Below, piece by piece: positions 59,988-64,000 of a stretch of DNA of 64,000 nucleotides (position 1 is its first letter; each line of letters opens with the position of its first letter). The DNA comes from Nitrosopumilus sp. (lineage in GTDB: Archaea; Thermoproteota; Nitrososphaeria; Nitrososphaerales; Nitrosopumilaceae). A model generated the notes under the pieces. The model searched no databases. It was not told the DNA's origin and worked only from the letters and a program-made list of their open reading frames with translations. The stretch lies in NCBI GenBank assembly GCA_965214775.1, contig OZ243974.1, forward strand, positions 288,001 to 352,000, read 5' to 3'. A program made the translations under genes and the position numbers.

Positions 59988-61775
59988 ATGACGCACAGAG
60001 TCGGGGTCTTGGATCACGAGGTATGCCAGCCCAAAAAATGCGGCCTAGAATGCATAAAGTACTGCCCGGTAAACAAGTCAGGTGCCGACTGCATCATACT
60101 CAACGAAGAAACCAAAAAGGCCCAGATTGACGAGGACATCTGCAATGGATGTGGAATATGCGTCAAGGTATGCCCCTTTGATGCCATTACAATCGTAAAC
60201 CTGGCAGGCGAGCTGGCAGCTGACAAGGTTCACCAGTACGGCCCAAACTCGTTCAGACTGTACAGGCTCCCGACCCCAAAGAAAGGAGAAGTCGTAGGGC
60301 TTCTCGGAAGAAACGGGATGGGAAAAAGCACCATAGTCAACATTCTCTCGGGAAACCTAAGGCCGAATCTGGGAAGGCATGAAGATCCGCCAGAATGGGA
60401 CGAGATCCTAAAGTATTACGGCGGAACAGAGCTAAAGCAGCATTTTGAAAAAATCAGGCAGGATCAGATCCGCGCCTCGATAAAGCCCCAGCAGGTTCAT
60501 CACATTGCACAGGCATTTGACGGAACGGCAAGAGAGCTGATTGAAAAATATGACGAGAGGGGCGTGGCAGACAAGCTAATCAGAGAACTGGGACTGCAAA
60601 ATTCCGTAGAGCAGGGCCTCAGGGAGCTGAGCGGCGGCGAGCTGCAGAGAATTGCCGTTGCCGCAGCAGCCTCAAGGGATACGGAGTTTTACTTTTTTGA
60701 CGAGCCGTCCTCCTACAACGACGTGTTTCAGCGGACAGGCGTTGCAAGAGTAATCCAAGGCCTTGCAAAACTTGGAAAGAGCGTCATGGTAGTAGAGCAC
60801 GATCTGACGCTGCTTGACTTTCTTAGCGACTACATCGAGGTGCTGTACGGGGAGCCGTCGGCATACGGAATCGTCTCAAACGTCCTCTCGACCAAGGTCG
60901 GCATCAATGTCTTTCTTGACGGGTACCTGCCAAACGAAAACGTCAGGTTCAGGGACAAGGCATTCTCCTTTGACGTCTCATCTACTGCCGCCGGCGAGTT
61001 TCAAGAGGGCAGCGAAATCATCAGATACCCGAAACTGGCCAAGGAATATCCCTCGTTCTCAGTCGAGATCGATTGCGGACAGGTAAGAAAGGGCGAGGTC
61101 CTAGGCATGATGGGTGCCAATGCCCTTGGAAAGACAACAATGATGAAGATGATCGCAGGCCTTGAAAAGCCGGACTCGGGCAAGGTGGACAAGAAGATCA
61201 GGATTGCATACAAGCCGCAGTATCTTCAAAACGACGTCGATCTGGAGGTCGTTGAACTGCTGGACAGGGCAAACGGAAGCCCCGTGGAGGGGAGCCTCGA
61301 GGAGGAGCAGATCCTAGACCCACTGAAGATAAAAAAGCTGTACACCAGATCAGTGAGAAACCTCTCGGGGGGGGAGCTTCAGAAGGTGGCCGTCGCATCC
61401 TGCCTGCTGCAGAAGGCAGATCTTTATGCGCTAGACGAGCCGTCGGCATTCCTGGACGTGGAAGACAGGATTGCCGTTGCAAAGTTCCTGCAAAAGTTCG
61501 TGCGCTCCTTTGGAAGATCGGCCATCGTAATCGATCACGACCTGCAGCTGATGGATCTGATCTCAGACTCGATGGTGATCTTCGAGGGGGAGCCGGGCGT
61601 GGCAGGCAGGGCAACGTCGCCCCTGCCAAAGGCAGGCGCGATGAACAGGTTCCTGAGATCACTTGACATGTCGTTTAGAAGGGACGAGAAGAGTCTGCGT
61701 CCGCGCGTAAACAAGCCGGAAAGCAGGCTGGACAAGGACCAGAAATCCTCCGGGAACTTTTACTACAAGGCATGA
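59988..61775 (+). CDS. rli: Ribosome recycling ATPase ABCE1/RLI
   Basis: Two Fe-S Cys clusters, two ABC domains, FRRD motif. Confidence 0.97.
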   Translation: MTHRVGVLDHEVCQPKKCGLECIKYCPVNKSGADCIILNEETKKAQIDEDICNGCGICVKVCPFDAITIVNLAGELAADKVHQYGPNSFRLYRLPTPKKGEVVGLLGRNGMGKSTIVNILSGNLRPNLGRHEDPPEWDEILKYYGGTELKQHFEKIRQDQIRASIKPQQVHHIAQAFDGTARELIEKYDERGVADKLIRELGLQNSVEQGLRELSGGELQRIAVAAAASRDTEFYFFDEPSSYNDVFQRTGVARVIQGLAKLGKSVMVVEHDLTLLDFLSDYIEVLYGEPSAYGIVSNVLSTKVGINVFLDGYLPNENVRFRDKAFSFDVSSTAAGEFQEGSEIIRYPKLAKEYPSFSVEIDCGQVRKGEVLGMMGANALGKTTMMKMIAGLEKPDSGKVDKKIRIAYKPQYLQNDVDLEVVELLDRANGSPVEGSLEEEQILDPLKIKKLYTRSVRNLSGGELQKVAVASCLLQKADLYALDEPSAFLDVEDRIAVAKFLQKFVRSFGRSAIVIDHDLQLMDLISDSMVIFEGEPGVAGRATSPLPKAGAMNRFLRSLDMSFRRDEKSLRPRVNKPESRLDKDQKSSGNFYYKA

Positions 61776-62736
61776 TGATGATTCCAGGCAACACCAATTA
61801 AACACCGCCTGCAAGATGGGTGATCCGATCAGACCGCGCTGATTTTTCAAGCGGTTTTGCAGATAACTCGTGTTTTGCTGATGTTTTGAGCTGTCTTGGG
61901 GGTTGTCGCCTAATTCATCAGAATTCCTGAAAAACATCGAGGGTACGAGTTTACCACTTGGACGTCACTGCTGTCTGAAGCCTTCATGATCACGCCTGCC
62001 ACGCCATATCTCAGGTGAGTGGTAAACTCGTACACATTGAGGTGCCACGCGGATCAGGTGTGCAAAAGGGCAGAAATTCAGAAAAATGTGCAGATTGAGT
62101 CAAATAGACGGAATTAGGCGACAACCCCGCTGTCTTGTGCAATCGCTCACAGGCAATCAGAATCTGTTGATTTCGGATCACCTCCTATCAGTAGAAGGAT
62201 TCAGACGAGAATGCAGGTCTCCTCAAGAACCAGGAATAAAGCCCGACAGCAAGCTAGGAGATAAGGACGTCCACGCCAAAATGAAGCACAGAAAGGAAGA
62301 TCTCAGATGTTTGACCCGGCATCCTCCCCTGTAACGTATACGGGATGACATGGAATCCTTGTCGCATAGGAGACAGAGAACCGCAGCAGACTGATGCGCA
62401 GTTTCAGAAAGGCATAATCTGCCCGCATGAGGTTCTCGGGTCTGTGCAAGGCAACAGATGGAGCCTCGAGGTGCTAGGCATGCTCAAGTGCGCCGCAAAT
62501 CCCTGTATGCCGGCGGAGGCGGCATGAAGCGAATTAGGAAACAACCCTCCTCCCCTCCCATCATACACAGTGGCAATTGAAAGGTCTTTGATCATCAAAA
62601 GCCGTCTTCCTGCATGTTCACACCCATGTGTGTTCAGGAACTTTTAATCGTCCGTGCGGCAGGTCTTGTATGCATGATCGGCGTGCAACCACCATAACAT
62701 TTCAATCCGGGGGATTACACACAAGGCCTGATCCGG

Positions 62737-62961
62737 TTATCGGCGCTTTAGTATTTTTTTAGCAATTACTTTTTTCTTGGGACTGACCTTTACTTTGTAA
62801 ACAACGATGTATTTAGTCATTGGAACGTCGTTTCTCATACTCATTTCGTGTACGGTAATTCCAGATTTTTCTAATTTTTCTAAACTTTTGACAGTTGTTT
62901 TGATGTTTTGTGCCACACGCTTGTAAGTAACAGGATCTTTTGATTCTCTTAGGTATTCCAT
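62737..62961 (-). CDS. Small basic hypothetical protein or gene remnant
   Basis: AT-rich 74-aa ORF. Confidence 0.4.
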   Translation of the reverse strand: MEYLRESKDPVTYKRVAQNIKTTVKSLEKLEKSGITVHEMSMRNDVPMTKYIVVYKVKVSPKKKVIAKKILKRR

Positions 62962-63279
62962 GTGTTCATTAAAAGTCTGGAAAGGGAGACTTGGAAGGTC
63001 ATTGTAGTCGTTTTAGAATTGCCGCTACTGCCATATCAGCGTTTTGATAGGTGCATACAATTACGTCTTCCCCTTTTTGTTTTCTTCCTAAACCATGTTT
63101 GACTTTCGAAATTGTAGTCATCTATAACTCACCAATTATAGTGTGTTAATTAAACTTATTTTTGTTTCGATCAGTAGCAGGTCGGACTCTGGAGGTTCGG
63201 GCGTGAGTTTTGCCACCTCGGAGGCCTCTCCCAGGCAGATTCGTGCCCGGAGTCAGGAAGGCTTCCAGAGTCCGACCTG

Positions 63280-64000
63280 CTACCATTTTGCCGATTTCGA
63301 ATCGGTCCTTCTCGGCAGCAGCAGCGGCAGTAGCAGCCGCCTTGCAGCGACGATGGCGGCCGCAGGGGCTGCCACGTACATGCCCACGTTCAGGGCGATG
63401 ACCGAGGCGCCTAGCGCCAGTACGGATGACTCGGAGCCCTCCCCTGCAAACGACATTATCGACAGTGTCAAGATCATCGGCGTTATGGCAATCCTTACGG
63501 CATCGCGAAACTCTGGACTCTGGCGCTCCAAGTCGGCTACCGCGGGCGAGAACAAATAGTATACGGAATTGAATCCGGCAACGAATGAGGCACCCGAGTC
63601 AGTCGAGAACAGCACGCCGTCGCGTATCTCCCTGAGTGCCTGTACTTGTGGTGCCAGCTCGGTGCCGTATGCGGCAGTCGCTATCAGGCATGCGCCACCC
63701 GGCTCAGACTCGAGCACTGGCTCAGGCTCTGGCTCTGGTTCGGGCTCTGGTTCGGGCTCTGGCTCAGACTCGGGTTCGGGCTCCTCCGCCGGCGGCGGTA
63801 CCTGCGGATCTGCTGCCGGCGCCGGCGGTCTCATCGCATCATCATGAGCCGCATCACGCTGCTGCTGCATGACTGCCTGCCTGCCGGCATTATCTACAAG
63901 CGCGGACGGCGGAAGTTCATAGTACGTGCGCTTGCCTGCGCATGCGTCCATGACTATCGACTGATGATCAGAGGTGACGGTCCCTTCAAATGGCATGATT
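63280..64000 (-). CDS. CFI-box-CTERM domain surface protein, 5' end probably outside window
   Basis: GGACLIATAAYGTELAPQVQALREIRD motif preceded by a (PE)n linker, C-terminal TM. Confidence 0.85.
   Translation of the reverse strand, partial: IMPFEGTVTSDHQSIVMDACAGKRTYYELPPSALVDNAGRQAVMQQQRDAAHDDAMRPPAPAADPQVPPPAEEPEPESEPEPEPEPEPEPEPEPVLESEPGGACLIATAAYGTELAPQVQALREIRDGVLFSTDSGASFVAGFNSVYYLFSPAVADLERQSPEFRDAVRIAITPMILTLSIMSFAGEGSESSVLALGASVIALNVGMYVAAPAAAIVAARRLLLPLLLPRRTDSKSAKW

Noticed and set aside
63001-63119. 9-bp direct repeat ATTGTAGTC 110 bp apart
   Set aside because: No inverted termini or second copy; compatible with chance.

Overview
Archaeal chromosome segment from a Nitrosopumilaceae-like (Thaumarchaeota) organism, judged from polB1, ppdK, mce, tal, tkt-rpe, Hef helicase, parvulin, ABCE1, a lone 5S rRNA and a CFI-box protein. 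The heavy IS load, pseudogenes (including tpiA) and repeat expansions suggest a host-associated lineage (inference). Between core genes lie IS5, IS66, ISL2-like, IS481 and IS630 elements or remnants, about 10 MITE families (three matched to autonomous-type elements in the window, several nested 3-4 deep), and many toxin-antitoxin or defence-like genes (Doc-TPR, HEPN triad, two AbiE loci, a wHTH-nucleotidyltransferase fusion, two Fic, RelE-like, orphan hsdS). The most unusual signal is four dispersed scars with a 71-74 bp period. In the three complete ones, 36-43 bp of ordinary local sequence is exactly duplicated around a 30-38 nt unrelated insert; the fourth is cut by a MITE. In two cases removing the insert plus one copy restores the reading frame. 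This geometry matches CRISPR spacer integration at ectopic sites, but no cas gene or CRISPR array is in this window, so the mechanism is inferred.
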